Source: Spirochaetota bacterium
GTDB lineage: Bacteria; Spirochaetota; UBA4802; JAFGDQ01
Assembly: GCA_016932015.1 (NCBI GenBank)
Contig: JAFGDQ010000066.1
Span: 23,617-87,616, forward strand
Direction: 5' to 3'
DNA length: 64,000 nucleotides
Shown: in pieces, positions 30,311-40,596 of the stretch
How the letters are laid out: each line of letters starts with the position of its first letter
How positions within the stretch are numbered: position 1 is the stretch's first letter
Notes under the pieces: generated by a model
Database searches by the model: none
Told to the model about the DNA's origin: nothing
Seen by the model: only the letters and a program-made list of their open reading frames with translations
Translations under genes and position numbers: made by a program

Positions 30311-31813
30311 ATGTCAAAAAATATAATGGTTCTGGGAACCGCATCATCAGTCGGGAAAAGCATAATCGCGGCAGCGCTTTGCAGAATTTTTGTTCAGGAC
30401 GGATTTAAAACCGCTCCTTTTAAATCACAGAATATGGCGTTAAATTCGTTTGTCACAAAGGACGGAGGTGAAATGGGAAGGGCGCAGGTTGTTCAGGCCG
30501 AAGCCTGCGGTATTGATCCGTCAGTATTGATGAATCCGGTTTTACTTAAACCGACTTCGGACAGAAAAGCACAGGTCATAATAAACGGCAAAGTTTTTCA
30601 AAATATGGATGCTGTTGAGTATCATGAATTCAAGCCTCAGGTTAAGGGCGTTATTACTGAAGCATATAATAAGCTGAGCAGTAATTTTGATGTAATAGTA
30701 CTTGAAGGAGCAGGCAGCCCCGCGGAAATCAACCTTCGTGAAAACGACGTGGTTAACATGGGCATGGCTGAAATGGTGGACGCGCCTGTTCTGCTTGTGG
30801 CTGATATAGATAAGGGAGGTGTGTTTGCTTCGATCTACGGTACTATAGCTCTGCTGAAACCTGAGGAGAAGGAGCGCGTAAAAGGCGTAATAATAAATAA
30901 ATTCAGGGGCGATGTCAAACTGCTTGAACCGGGAATAAAAACAATAGAGGAAATGACAGGTGTGCCTGTTCTGGGAGTTATTCCTTACGTCAGGGTGGAG
31001 CTTGAAGATGAGGACAGTGTTACGGAAAGGTTTAAAAGAAAAGAACACAGCGGAGAAATAAAGATTGATGTTATAAGACTGCCCCGTATTTCGAATTTTT
31101 CGGATTTTGATGCGTTCGGCATGCATGAAGATGTAAGTCTTAATTATGTGGAGACAGCTGATCAGATTGAAGATCCTGATATAATTATAATACCCGGAAG
31201 CAAGAACACGGTTTATGATATGTCATTCCTCAATGAATCAGGTATTGATAAAAAGATTCTGGATGCGCATAAAAACGGAACACTTCTTTTCGGGATATGC
31301 GCTGGATTTCAGATGCTGGGCGATGTTATTGAAGACCCTCATGGAATTGAAGGGCCTCAGAAATCCATAAAAGGTCTGGGTATCTTTAAGATCGGTACAT
31401 CTATTGCTGAAGAGAAAGTAACCAGGCAGGTAAAAGGGACTATAACCGCAAATACTGACATGCTTCAGGGACTGAAAGACGTGGACATACAGGGTTATGA
31501 AATTCACATGGGCCGGAGCTCTGGCCTGGATGATTATGAAATTCTGGCTGAAACGGATAACGGTGTAAACGGCATTACGGGAAACAATGCCGTAGGCACA
31601 TATCTGCACGGTATTTTTGACAGCGTGGATTTTACAAGAGGCCTGCTTAACAATGTAAGGGAAAGGAAAGGACTGAAGCCTCTTCAGTCAAAAGGTACTT
31701 TTTCAGAGAAGAAGGAAGGTGAATTCAATAAACTCGCGAAAACAGTTCGTGATAATATTGATATGAAAATGATCTATAAAATTCTGAATAACGGCGATGT
31801 TTCATCAAATTAA
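30311..31813 (+). CDS. cobQ: cobyric acid synthase
   Basis: 500 aa. N-terminal ATPase (GTASSVGKS), C-terminal GATase (GICAGFQMLG). Confidence 0.9.
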   Translation: MSKNIMVLGTASSVGKSIIAAALCRIFVQDGFKTAPFKSQNMALNSFVTKDGGEMGRAQVVQAEACGIDPSVLMNPVLLKPTSDRKAQVIINGKVFQNMDAVEYHEFKPQVKGVITEAYNKLSSNFDVIVLEGAGSPAEINLRENDVVNMGMAEMVDAPVLLVADIDKGGVFASIYGTIALLKPEEKERVKGVIINKFRGDVKLLEPGIKTIEEMTGVPVLGVIPYVRVELEDEDSVTERFKRKEHSGEIKIDVIRLPRISNFSDFDAFGMHEDVSLNYVETADQIEDPDIIIIPGSKNTVYDMSFLNESGIDKKILDAHKNGTLLFGICAGFQMLGDVIEDPHGIEGPQKSIKGLGIFKIGTSIAEEKVTRQVKGTITANTDMLQGLKDVDIQGYEIHMGRSSGLDDYEILAETDNGVNGITGNNAVGTYLHGIFDSVDFTRGLLNNVRERKGLKPLQSKGTFSEKKEGEFNKLAKTVRDNIDMKMIYKILNNGDVSSN

Positions 31814-32726
31814 TATTCTATTCGGATTCGTGCTGGATCTTATTTTCGGTGACCCGTATACTTTTCCTCACCCTGTTAGATTCATTGGAAAGTATATTGA
31901 GATTCTCGAAGAACCTCTGAGGAAAATATCAAGCCTTAAAATTGCAGGAATACTGCTGACAGTCATAGTTGTCATAACCGCCTATTTTGTGACTTTGTAT
32001 TTTTCGGCAATTTCCATAGTCCTTGAAATATTTATAATTTATACTATCTTTTCAACAAGAACGCTTTCCAATGAAGCAATGAATGTGTATTCATGCCTGA
32101 AGTCAGGTGATCTTAATTCCGCAAGAATACAGATAAGTTATCTTGTAAGCAGGGACACTGACTGTATGAAAGAAGAGGATATTATAAGAGCAACGGTGGA
32201 GACCATATCCGAAAATATTGTTGATGGAATAATATCGCCGCTATTCTATCTTTTTATCGGCGGCGCTCCGCTTGGAATGGCTTATAAAGCGGCAAGCACT
32301 CTTGATTCAATGGTCGGTTATAAAAATGAAACATATATAGATTTCGGCTGGGCAAGCGCGAGACTGGATGATGTGCTTAATTTTATTCCGGCAAGGATTA
32401 CAGCTGTCCTGATTCCGTTTGCCGCATTATTCTGCGGATACGATGCGAAGAATTCATTCCGTATTGCTTTGCGCGACAGGCATAAACACAGCAGCCCGAA
32501 TTCGGCATATTCAGAGGCTGCGGTAGCAGGGGCAATAGGGTGTCAGCTTGGCGGGCCTGCGAGTTATTTCGGGCAGAGAGTGATCAAGCCCTATATAGGG
32601 GACAGGATCAGGGAAGTTAACAGAGGGGATATCATAAGAACAATAAGGATTATGTATTTTACTTCTTTTCTCGGGCTCGTGCTCGGATGCTTTGTGCTTT
32701 ATATTGTTAAAATGTTTTTTACTTAA
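31797..32726 (+). CDS. cbiB: adenosylcobinamide-phosphate synthase
   Basis: 309 aa membrane protein of the CbiB/CobD family (HPVRFIG motif). Overlaps the cobQ stop. Confidence 0.85.
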   Translation: MFHQINILFGFVLDLIFGDPYTFPHPVRFIGKYIEILEEPLRKISSLKIAGILLTVIVVITAYFVTLYFSAISIVLEIFIIYTIFSTRTLSNEAMNVYSCLKSGDLNSARIQISYLVSRDTDCMKEEDIIRATVETISENIVDGIISPLFYLFIGGAPLGMAYKAASTLDSMVGYKNETYIDFGWASARLDDVLNFIPARITAVLIPFAALFCGYDAKNSFRIALRDRHKHSSPNSAYSEAAVAGAIGCQLGGPASYFGQRVIKPYIGDRIREVNRGDIIRTIRIMYFTSFLGLVLGCFVLYIVKMFFT

Positions 32727-32758
32727 GGACTTTATTTTAATAAGGAAATTTAAAAGGG

Positions 32759-33835
32759 ATGGATGCTCACGGCGGCAATATATATAAACTTGAGAAAGAA
32801 TTCAATATCAGTAAAGAGGATATAGTTGATTTCAGTTCCAACATAAATCCGCTTGGAATTTCTGAAAAGCTGAAAAATGAAATAATTAACAATATGGATA
32901 TTCTTCAGTATTATCCTGATCCTGAATATAATGATTTAAAGTCCGCTATTGCACGGTATATTGGTGATGATACTGATCACATCTTTGTCGGGAATGGAGC
33001 TGTTGAGCTTATATTCCTGTATGCAAGAATTCTTAAGCCTGAAACCGCATTGATTCTGTCTCCGGGTTTTATTGAATATTCTCTTGCGTTGAATCATGCG
33101 GGTACAAAAATAGCACATTACAGGTTAAACGAAAAAGATAATTTTTACCCTGATATTCAGGGATTGAAGAAAGAAATGGAAAAGGGTTATGAACTCATTG
33201 TTATATGCAATCCGAATAATCCTACCAGTATGTTCATTGAACCTGAAGCTGTTCTGGAAATAATTTCTTTTGCCGATAAGCGGAATCAGCGTGTTCTGCT
33301 TGATGAATCCTTTATAGAATTTGTAGATCCCGCATACGCCTCTTCAAATATATCATTGTTTAAAAAATACAGGAACGTTTTTCTTTTACGCTCGCTTACC
33401 AAGTTTTTCGCAATTCCCGGACTCAGGCTGGGGTATGCGGTCAGCCATGACAGCGGCTTCATGAAAAGCCTGAAAAAATACAGAGAGCCATGGACAGTGA
33501 ACCAGTTCGCAGACCTTGCAGGGAGGACACTGCTCAAAGATAAAGATTATATCAGTAACTCTGTTGAGCTGGTAAGTAAAGAGAAAGCGTTTCTGTACAG
33601 TGCGTTGTCTGCTGTTGAATGGCTGAAGCCGTTCGAGCCTTTTGCCAATTTTATGTTAGTAAAACTTCAGGCAGATTTAACTTCAGCAGACTTAAAGGGA
33701 ATACTTCAAAAACAGGGTATTCTTATAAGGGACGCGTCCAACTTTAAATTTCTCAATAACAAATTTGTCCGCTTTGCTGTTAAGAACAGAAAATGCAATG
33801 AGAAGCTTTTAAACGCTTTATCAAATATCGGATAA
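32759..33835 (+). CDS. cobD: L-threonine-O-3-phosphate decarboxylase (class I/II aminotransferase fold)
   Basis: 358 aa PLP-enzyme fold (NPNNPT, SLTKFFAIPGLRLGY). Operon context. Confidence 0.78.
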   Translation: MDAHGGNIYKLEKEFNISKEDIVDFSSNINPLGISEKLKNEIINNMDILQYYPDPEYNDLKSAIARYIGDDTDHIFVGNGAVELIFLYARILKPETALILSPGFIEYSLALNHAGTKIAHYRLNEKDNFYPDIQGLKKEMEKGYELIVICNPNNPTSMFIEPEAVLEIISFADKRNQRVLLDESFIEFVDPAYASSNISLFKKYRNVFLLRSLTKFFAIPGLRLGYAVSHDSGFMKSLKKYREPWTVNQFADLAGRTLLKDKDYISNSVELVSKEKAFLYSALSAVEWLKPFEPFANFMLVKLQADLTSADLKGILQKQGILIRDASNFKFLNNKFVRFAVKNRKCNEKLLNALSNIG

Positions 33836-34013
33836 TCCATAAACAGGTCCTTCCGGATTTTATCAATGCATTTTGATGAAATTCATGTGGAAATTTAAAC
33901 TCATCCAAATTAATTTTTTACCAAATTAAAAATAATTTGCCTTTATTTGTTTCCGGAGTTATACTTAATGATCCAGCCACTGATCCTGCATAGATAATTA
34001 TTTCCATATAAAC

Positions 34014-35678
34014 GTGAGCTATTTTTTCATGATTAAAAGAGGATTGATTATGAATAAGGCAGAATTTTCCAAAGGTAAATTATTGCTGAAGTTAACTAAA
34101 AAATGCGAAATGTTTTTTTATCCGTTTGTTCTTCCTCTTGGAGTATATTTTGTATATTTCACAGGCGGTTTCGAAGGGGAGACCCTGCTTCATCTTGTAA
34201 TTGGGACAGCTATAGCAGTATCGTTTGTCACTCCAGTAGGCTATGTATATTTATACAGAAAAGTTGCTGTGATTCTGGATGCTTTTAATGATGAAAATTA
34301 CGACGGCCGTTTGATAAAAATAAAAATACTTCATTTGCCATGGATTTTTTCCTTAGCTTCTTCTACGCGCTGGATTGTGGGAGGAAGCATTGCGGTTTTA
34401 TATTGCTCAATAGCAACCGGGCTCACACTGTTACAGGTAATACCTTTCTTATTAATAGTCCCTCTTCTGGCATTAATTCATTTCTCAATGGCATTTTTTA
34501 ATGTTGAAAGCGAGCTTAAGGATCTGCTTTCAATTGATAAAATAAGGGACACCCGGCTTAAAGAGAATGATTTCAGGGGGCTTTCATTTACCAAGCGTGT
34601 ACTTCTGACAGTGATTCCTGTGGCGGCAACTCCAATGATTGTACTTGGCTATCAGCTCATACTTATGAATTTACAGATAAATTTTGAGAAGAATATATCT
34701 CTTTATATTATGCTGATTTTGTTTCTGTCTGCTGCAACGATAGCTCTGCTCGCGTATTTTATGACATCCAATATTAAAGTTACTGTCAGAAATCTTCATG
34801 ACGCGCTTGATAAAATCAAGGACGGGAGACTGGATCTTTCAGGCGTCCCGATGATAACCTCAAGCGAAATAGGAATGATCAGTCAGAGCGCGAATTCCCT
34901 GATTATTAAATTACGTGATGTCATGTCCATGGTGCAGCGCTCAGCGGAAATTGTTTCGGAAATGAGCTCGAATATTCAGGAAGCATCAGGAGGGCTTTCG
35001 CAGGCTGCCAATGAGCAGGCTGCAAGTGTTGAGGAGATACTGGCTACGGTAAATGAACTGCTTTCAACAGTTAAGCAGAATGCCGAAAGTGCCGGAGAGG
35101 CCGAGAACCTTGCGGACAATTCATACAAGCTCGCTGAGAATGGAAACAAGGTTATGGATGAAGCTGTAAACACCTTTTCTGAAGTAAGTAAGTCGGCAGA
35201 AAAGATCAGCAGTATAATCGAAATAATAAACAGCATTACATTCCAGACAAATATCCTGTCATTGAACGCTGCTATTGAGGCCGCGCGCGCAGGCGAGCAC
35301 GGGCGGAGTTTTTCCGTTGTTGCGGGTGAAGTCCGTAATCTCGCGCAGCGTTCCGCAGAATCGTCCAAAGAGATTGCCAAATTGATTGAAATGTCGGTTA
35401 ATCAGATTAATGATGGAGCAAAACTTGCAAAGGAAAGCGGATCGTCCCTGAAGAAAATTTACGAGGCGGTATCTCTTGTTCATCAGATGACGTCAGAAAT
35501 AAATAATGTCAGCGGAGAGCAGAAGACCGGGCTGCAGCAGATAGCTGATTCAATATCGCAGACTTCATCCGTAACGCAGGAGAATGCGTCAGCTGCGGAG
35601 GAATTATCTGTTGCCGCGGATTCATTGCGCAGCAATGCGTCTGAGCTGAAGGATACTGCCAGGTATTTTACTATGTAG
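34014..35678 (+). CDS. methyl-accepting chemotaxis protein
   Basis: N-terminal multi-TM region, HAMP, conserved MA signalling domain ([41 protein letters not shown]). Confidence 0.88.
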   Translation: MSYFFMIKRGLIMNKAEFSKGKLLLKLTKKCEMFFYPFVLPLGVYFVYFTGGFEGETLLHLVIGTAIAVSFVTPVGYVYLYRKVAVILDAFNDENYDGRLIKIKILHLPWIFSLASSTRWIVGGSIAVLYCSIATGLTLLQVIPFLLIVPLLALIHFSMAFFNVESELKDLLSIDKIRDTRLKENDFRGLSFTKRVLLTVIPVAATPMIVLGYQLILMNLQINFEKNISLYIMLILFLSAATIALLAYFMTSNIKVTVRNLHDALDKIKDGRLDLSGVPMITSSEIGMISQSANSLIIKLRDVMSMVQRSAEIVSEMSSNIQEASGGLSQAANEQAASVEEILATVNELLSTVKQNAESAGEAENLADNSYKLAENGNKVMDEAVNTFSEVSKSAEKISSIIEIINSITFQTNILSLNAAIEAARAGEHGRSFSVVAGEVRNLAQRSAESSKEIAKLIEMSVNQINDGAKLAKESGSSLKKIYEAVSLVHQMTSEINNVSGEQKTGLQQIADSISQTSSVTQENASAAEELSVAADSLRSNASELKDTARYFTM

Positions 35679-35774
35679 CAGGAAAAGAGTTAAAGGTTCG
35701 TTCCCGGAAGGCCGGATAAATAAATTCGATTTGATTCAGGATGATATTTTTTTCAAATACGGAAAGTTTTAACG

Positions 35775-36668
35775 TTATTGAGTAAGGCAAATCCCGAGCC
35801 CGATTTTCCTTTGATATACATTATAGTCAATCAGACTTTCACCATAACCTTCCCAGTAATGGAAAATCCATTTCATACTGTTTGTTGCCATGGGAACAGT
35901 CAGATTTACTTCAAATGATCCTTTTTTCCAGCGCTGATGGTAGCGGAATGTTCCTGAAAGCCAGGTATTAAATAAAGAAGGAAATTTAGCGGTCAGATTC
36001 AGCTCTCCGTATCCGTAATATCGGATAATGTCGGGATTGTCATCCCTATCCTCGTCTGTAGAATCCTTCTTTTCTTTTTCCGGAAACCTGTACCATAGTT
36101 TCAGTGATGCGATTAAAAAATCATTTTCATAATACGGAGTAAAATATATCCTGTTCCAGCTTCGCGACTCAGGCAGCTCCTGACCGTTTGATTCGTGTTC
36201 AAGTCCCAAATCTGTACGTATTCCGTACCACATTTTTGTCCGAATGAAGAGCTCGGGATTGAAATTATTTTCACGGAAAGGGGACGAATTATCAATATCA
36301 TACGCCTGCCAGAATGATTTCTGCGAATAAGCGAAATAAAATGCCCATCCGTAAAATCTTAAGAGGCGCTGCTTTACACTTATCTGGAACTTGATTTCTT
36401 TATTCTTGCGGTCATTTGTATGATTACCTAGAGTAATAGGCAGAACATAATTCTGTTTATGCGTGGAAAAACCGTTCTCAACATTATTTGATTTATTGTA
36501 GTCAATGATTTCTTCAACAGACGGAAGCTCTAAATCTGCAGCAGAATCGCCTGTGGGCTGTTCTAGCTCTTTTTCCGCTCTTAGCGAAGATCTGAATACC
36601 ATAATTATCGCGAGCAGAAAATAAAAGATGCGATGCGTCTTATGCGTCTTGATTATTTTTGATATCAT
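35775..36668 (-). CDS. pldA: outer-membrane phospholipase A1
   Basis: Signal peptide. OMPLA-type motifs (YRFY...FAYSQKSFW, LGLEHESNG). Beta-barrel length. Confidence 0.7.
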   Translation of the reverse strand: MISKIIKTHKTHRIFYFLLAIIMVFRSSLRAEKELEQPTGDSAADLELPSVEEIIDYNKSNNVENGFSTHKQNYVLPITLGNHTNDRKNKEIKFQISVKQRLLRFYGWAFYFAYSQKSFWQAYDIDNSSPFRENNFNPELFIRTKMWYGIRTDLGLEHESNGQELPESRSWNRIYFTPYYENDFLIASLKLWYRFPEKEKKDSTDEDRDDNPDIIRYYGYGELNLTAKFPSLFNTWLSGTFRYHQRWKKGSFEVNLTVPMATNSMKWIFHYWEGYGESLIDYNVYQRKIGLGICLTQ

Positions 36669-37036
36669 TTTATATTTTTAAATCTCATAGATAATAGTTA
36701 TATATCCTGAAATTGTTTAGTCAATAAAATTTTAATTGGATCGCTAATAAAGGCGCAACGCTTATGATTTAAAATTGTTGCCGGATGAGGTAAAATCAGT
36801 ATAATGTATGCAATTAAGGAAAAACCATAAAACGCTATTATCTTTGTTCCGGTTTAACATAATAAAAATAGAATTGAGGAATATTTAATACAAGAATTTT
36901 CAGGTGAATAATTCCATTAAATTTTATGGACTTATATATGATTTTATGGTAAAATTCTTAATAAAGTAACGCAACCCGATTTGCTTATTATGATAGTTTT
37001 ACATAATGCGGGCTTGAAAGCATTTAAGGTCATAAT

Positions 37037-40000
37037 ATGAAAGGCTCTAATAAAAGCAAAGCTGAACTTATTGCTGAACTGAACGAGATGCGGGAACGTG
37101 TTTCCGAACTGGAAAAATCGGAGATCAAATGTAAACAGGTTGAGAATAAAATGCGTGAAGAGAATGTCCGGTTTCAATCCGCTTTCGACTCAATGCCGGA
37201 CGGCCTGTCAATACAGGACAAAGACTACAACATTCTTTTCCAGAACAAATTAACAAGCAGTATTTTTAAAAACACTTTAGGTGAAAAATGTTATAAAGTT
37301 TATGAAGGCCTTGATGCGGTTTGTGAAAATTGTGCGGTGGAAATGGCATTCAGGGACGGGAAACCGCATGTTTCCGTAAGAAAAAATCTGATGCTGTCCG
37401 GAGAAACTGTTTACTGGGAGAATTCCGCGAATCCTGTCAGAAATGAGAATGGTGAAATAGTCGCATGTCTTGAAATTAATAGAGACATTACTGAAAGCAA
37501 ACGGGCTGAGCAGAAAATTATGGATGATGAGTTCCGTTACAGAACCGTAGCTGATTTTACAAATGACTGGGAATACTGGCAGAATTCCGACGGGTCACTG
37601 AATTATGTTTCGCCTGCCTGTGAAAAAATATCCGGATATTCCGCGGAGCAGTTAATACGGAATCCGAAGCTTCTGGATGAGTCTGTGTGTGATGAGGACA
37701 GGCTCATCTGGGAAAACCATTCTCATGATCCGGATCAGCTCATTCAGAAGAAAAGAGAGATTGAGTTTCGAATAAAAAGAGCTGACGGTACTATAATCTG
37801 GATTGAGCATAACTGCCGCCGGATTAAAAATGAAAACGGCGTATTTATGGGTTACCGCTGCAGGAACAGGGATATTACATCTCTGAAAAATACGGAAGAG
37901 GAGTTGAGAAGCAGCCGCCAGTTCCTGTATGATCTTATTGACCACAGCAGTGCAATTATCTGCGTCAAAGACCGTGAAGGACGTTTTGAACTTGTCAACC
38001 GGAAATGGGAGGAGGATTCGGGAATAAATCGCGAATATGCTATAGGTAAAACGGATAAAGAATTGTTTCCGGGAATGGACGGCGCAGAATACCGGACTTT
38101 TGATCTTGAAGTGATGGAATCAGGGGCTGCTAAAGAGTTTGAGATGATTCTGCAAGGGGAAGAGGGGAATAGATATATTCTTAATGCCGTTTTTCCCGTA
38201 AGGAACAGTGACGGCAGTATAAGGGGTACGTGCGCAGTTGGAACAAATATCACCGATTATAAGGTGATTGAGGAGGAGCTGAGAAGCAGCAGACGTTTTC
38301 TTTCGGAAGTAATTGAGCACAGCGCATCCCAGATAGCAGTTAAAGATATTGAAGGCCGTTATACCCTGGTCAATCAGGAATGGGAAAAAGAAACGACTTT
38401 TAAACGCGAGTATGCTCTTGGTAAAACAGATGAAGAATTATACAGTAAAGAGGACGCGATCAGGTTTCGTTCTGATGATAAAAAGGTCATCGAATCCGGA
38501 AAGCCGAAAGTTTTCGAGCTTGCTTTGGATGGGGAACAGGGAAGAAAATATATTCTTAATACTATTTTTCCTGTAAAGGACAGCGACGGCAGAATTACCG
38601 GAACCTGTGCTATGGGGACAAATGTAACGGAATATAAGCTGATTGAGGAAGAGTTAAGAAACAGCCGTCAGTTTTTATCAATACTTATAGAGTTCAGTCC
38701 TGCCGGTTTTTGCGTTAAAGATAATGAGGGCAGATATTTACTGGTCAACAGAACATGGGAAAATGAGACAGGTCTTAACCGTGAAGATGTTATTGGAAGA
38801 ACAGATGAAGAAATTTATCCTTTAGAAAAGAATAAGGCTAATGAAATCATGAGTTATGATAAGGAGGTTATGGAATCCGGGGAAAGGAAAGATTTTGAAT
38901 TTACGGTGGGCACCACAAATCTCCTGAATAATGTTTACCCTTTAAAAGATGAAAAGGGCAGAACTACGGGTGTTTGCTCAATTTCAGTTGACATTACAAT
39001 GCAAAAACATCAGGAAGCGGAACTGCTCAGGCTGCGTAATTATCTGTCCAACATAATTGATTCCATGCCATCCGTACTGGTTGGAGTGGATGCCGATATA
39101 AAAATTACCCAGTGGAATAAAACAGCAGAACAGGTTACAGGTATAGCCCCTGATGATGCAATGAACAAATCCCTGTACGAAGTATTTCCCGGAATGGAAT
39201 TTATAAAAGAGGAAATAAAAACAAGCATCAGATCCAGGGAGATAAAAAAAGAACACAGGCTGACTCAGCATCCGGAAGGCGGTGCTACTTATGAAGACGT
39301 TACTATTTATCCTTTGATAGCCAGTGAAATTGAAGGCGCTGTTATTCGTATTGATGATATAACGGAAAAAATGCGCATTGAAGAGATGATGATACAGAAT
39401 GAAAAGATGCTTTCAGTTGGAGGGCTTGCAGCAGGGATGGCGCATGAGATAAATAATCCGCTGGCAGGCATGCTTCAGACCGCAGGTGTTATGGCTAACC
39501 GGCTGAGTGCTTCTTCAAATATTCCCGCAAATATGGAAGCTGCTGAACAGGCCGGTACCACAATGGAAGCAATTCAGCATTATATGGAAATACGCAGTAT
39601 CCCGCGCATGATCGATACAATAAATGAATCAGGCAAGCGTGTAGCGGATATCGTATATAATATGCTCACTTTCGCCAGAAAGAGTGAGGCAAGTATTCTC
39701 CCTGTAGATATTGAAGAGCTTATCAGCAAAACAGTTGAACTTGCTGCCACTGACTATGACCTTAAAAAACAGTACGATTTTAAACTGATTGAAATTATTA
39801 CTGACTATGAGAAAAACCTGCCTCCTGTACCCTGTGAACAGGCCAAGATTCAGCAGGTTCTTCTGAACATCCTGCGCAACGGTGCTCAGGCTATGCAGGG
39901 AGTGAATACAAAGAATCCCAGGATTATTCTCCGGACGTATTTTTTAGAGGAACGGAAAATGGCTGTAATTGAGATAGAGGATAACGGGCCCGGGATGAGT

Positions 40001-40192
40001 GAAGAAACACGCAAGCGAATATTTGAGCCGTTTTTTACAACTAAACCGGTGGGAGAGGGCACTGGACTGGGTTTAAGCGTATCGTATTTTATTATTACTG
40101 AAAACCATCATGGAACAATAAATGTTGAATCCTCCCTCGGGCATGGAACAAAATTTATTATTCATTTACCTGTTGAAAGGACTGTATCATGA
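37037..40192 (+). CDS. multi-PAS sensor histidine kinase
   Basis: Coiled coil, then at least 6 PAS/PAC modules, HisKA (MAHEINNPL), HATPase_c (DNGPGM...GTGLGLS). No TM segments. Confidence 0.9.
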   Translation: MKGSNKSKAELIAELNEMRERVSELEKSEIKCKQVENKMREENVRFQSAFDSMPDGLSIQDKDYNILFQNKLTSSIFKNTLGEKCYKVYEGLDAVCENCAVEMAFRDGKPHVSVRKNLMLSGETVYWENSANPVRNENGEIVACLEINRDITESKRAEQKIMDDEFRYRTVADFTNDWEYWQNSDGSLNYVSPACEKISGYSAEQLIRNPKLLDESVCDEDRLIWENHSHDPDQLIQKKREIEFRIKRADGTIIWIEHNCRRIKNENGVFMGYRCRNRDITSLKNTEEELRSSRQFLYDLIDHSSAIICVKDREGRFELVNRKWEEDSGINREYAIGKTDKELFPGMDGAEYRTFDLEVMESGAAKEFEMILQGEEGNRYILNAVFPVRNSDGSIRGTCAVGTNITDYKVIEEELRSSRRFLSEVIEHSASQIAVKDIEGRYTLVNQEWEKETTFKREYALGKTDEELYSKEDAIRFRSDDKKVIESGKPKVFELALDGEQGRKYILNTIFPVKDSDGRITGTCAMGTNVTEYKLIEEELRNSRQFLSILIEFSPAGFCVKDNEGRYLLVNRTWENETGLNREDVIGRTDEEIYPLEKNKANEIMSYDKEVMESGERKDFEFTVGTTNLLNNVYPLKDEKGRTTGVCSISVDITMQKHQEAELLRLRNYLSNIIDSMPSVLVGVDADIKITQWNKTAEQVTGIAPDDAMNKSLYEVFPGMEFIKEEIKTSIRSREIKKEHRLTQHPEGGATYEDVTIYPLIASEIEGAVIRIDDITEKMRIEEMMIQNEKMLSVGGLAAGMAHEINNPLAGMLQTAGVMANRLSASSNIPANMEAAEQAGTTMEAIQHYMEIRSIPRMIDTINESGKRVADIVYNMLTFARKSEASILPVDIEELISKTVELAATDYDLKKQYDFKLIEIITDYEKNLPPVPCEQAKIQQVLLNILRNGAQAMQGVNTKNPRIILRTYFLEERKMAVIEIEDNGPGMSEETRKRIFEPFFTTKPVGEGTGLGLSVSYFIITENHHGTINVESSLGHGTKFIIHLPVERTVS
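37894..39015 (+). repeat. three tandem ~375-nt PAS-module repeats within the kinase gene
   Basis: Units start with EEELRSSRQFL / EEELRSSRRFL / EEELRNSRQFL. Each is ~124 aa with a conserved internal string (VKD.EGR..LVN..WE...G..RE...GKTD.E). Confidence 0.8.
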
Positions 40193-40596
40193 GCGAACCT
40201 GTTAACACAGTTTTAATTATTGATGATGAGGATTTTATAAGGCAGAGCCTTGCAGACTTTTTTGAGGACAGGCAGTGGAATGTCCTGCAGGCTGAAAGCG
40301 GGGAGCAGGCGCTTGAACTGCTGAAAACGGAATCTCCTGACGTCGCGCTTGTTGACATTCGTCTGGGCGGGATGGACGGCAATGAATTTATTCTGAAAGC
40401 CGGTAAAATAAAACCGGACATGGCTGTCATCATCTGCACAGGATCTCCTGAATATAATATTCCGCCGGAAATACTCAATATACCTTCTGTACTGGATCAT
40501 TCTGTTAAAAAGCCGGTAACTGATATGGATCAGCTGGAAAGAGATCTCATGCGGCTTATTACTGATATACAAAATAAGAAGGTGTCAGATGAATGA
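40189..40596 (+). CDS. single-domain response regulator (CheY-like receiver)
   Basis: 135 aa. IDDED acidic pocket, phospho-acceptor D in ALVDIRLGGMDG. Start overlaps the kinase stop. Confidence 0.85.
   Translation: MSEPVNTVLIIDDEDFIRQSLADFFEDRQWNVLQAESGEQALELLKTESPDVALVDIRLGGMDGNEFILKAGKIKPDMAVIICTGSPEYNIPPEILNIPSVLDHSVKKPVTDMDQLERDLMRLITDIQNKKVSDE

Noticed and set aside
34976-35380. 134-aa minus-strand ORF within the MCP gene
   Set aside because: Antisense to the Ala/Ser-rich methyl-accepting domain. Low-complexity product.
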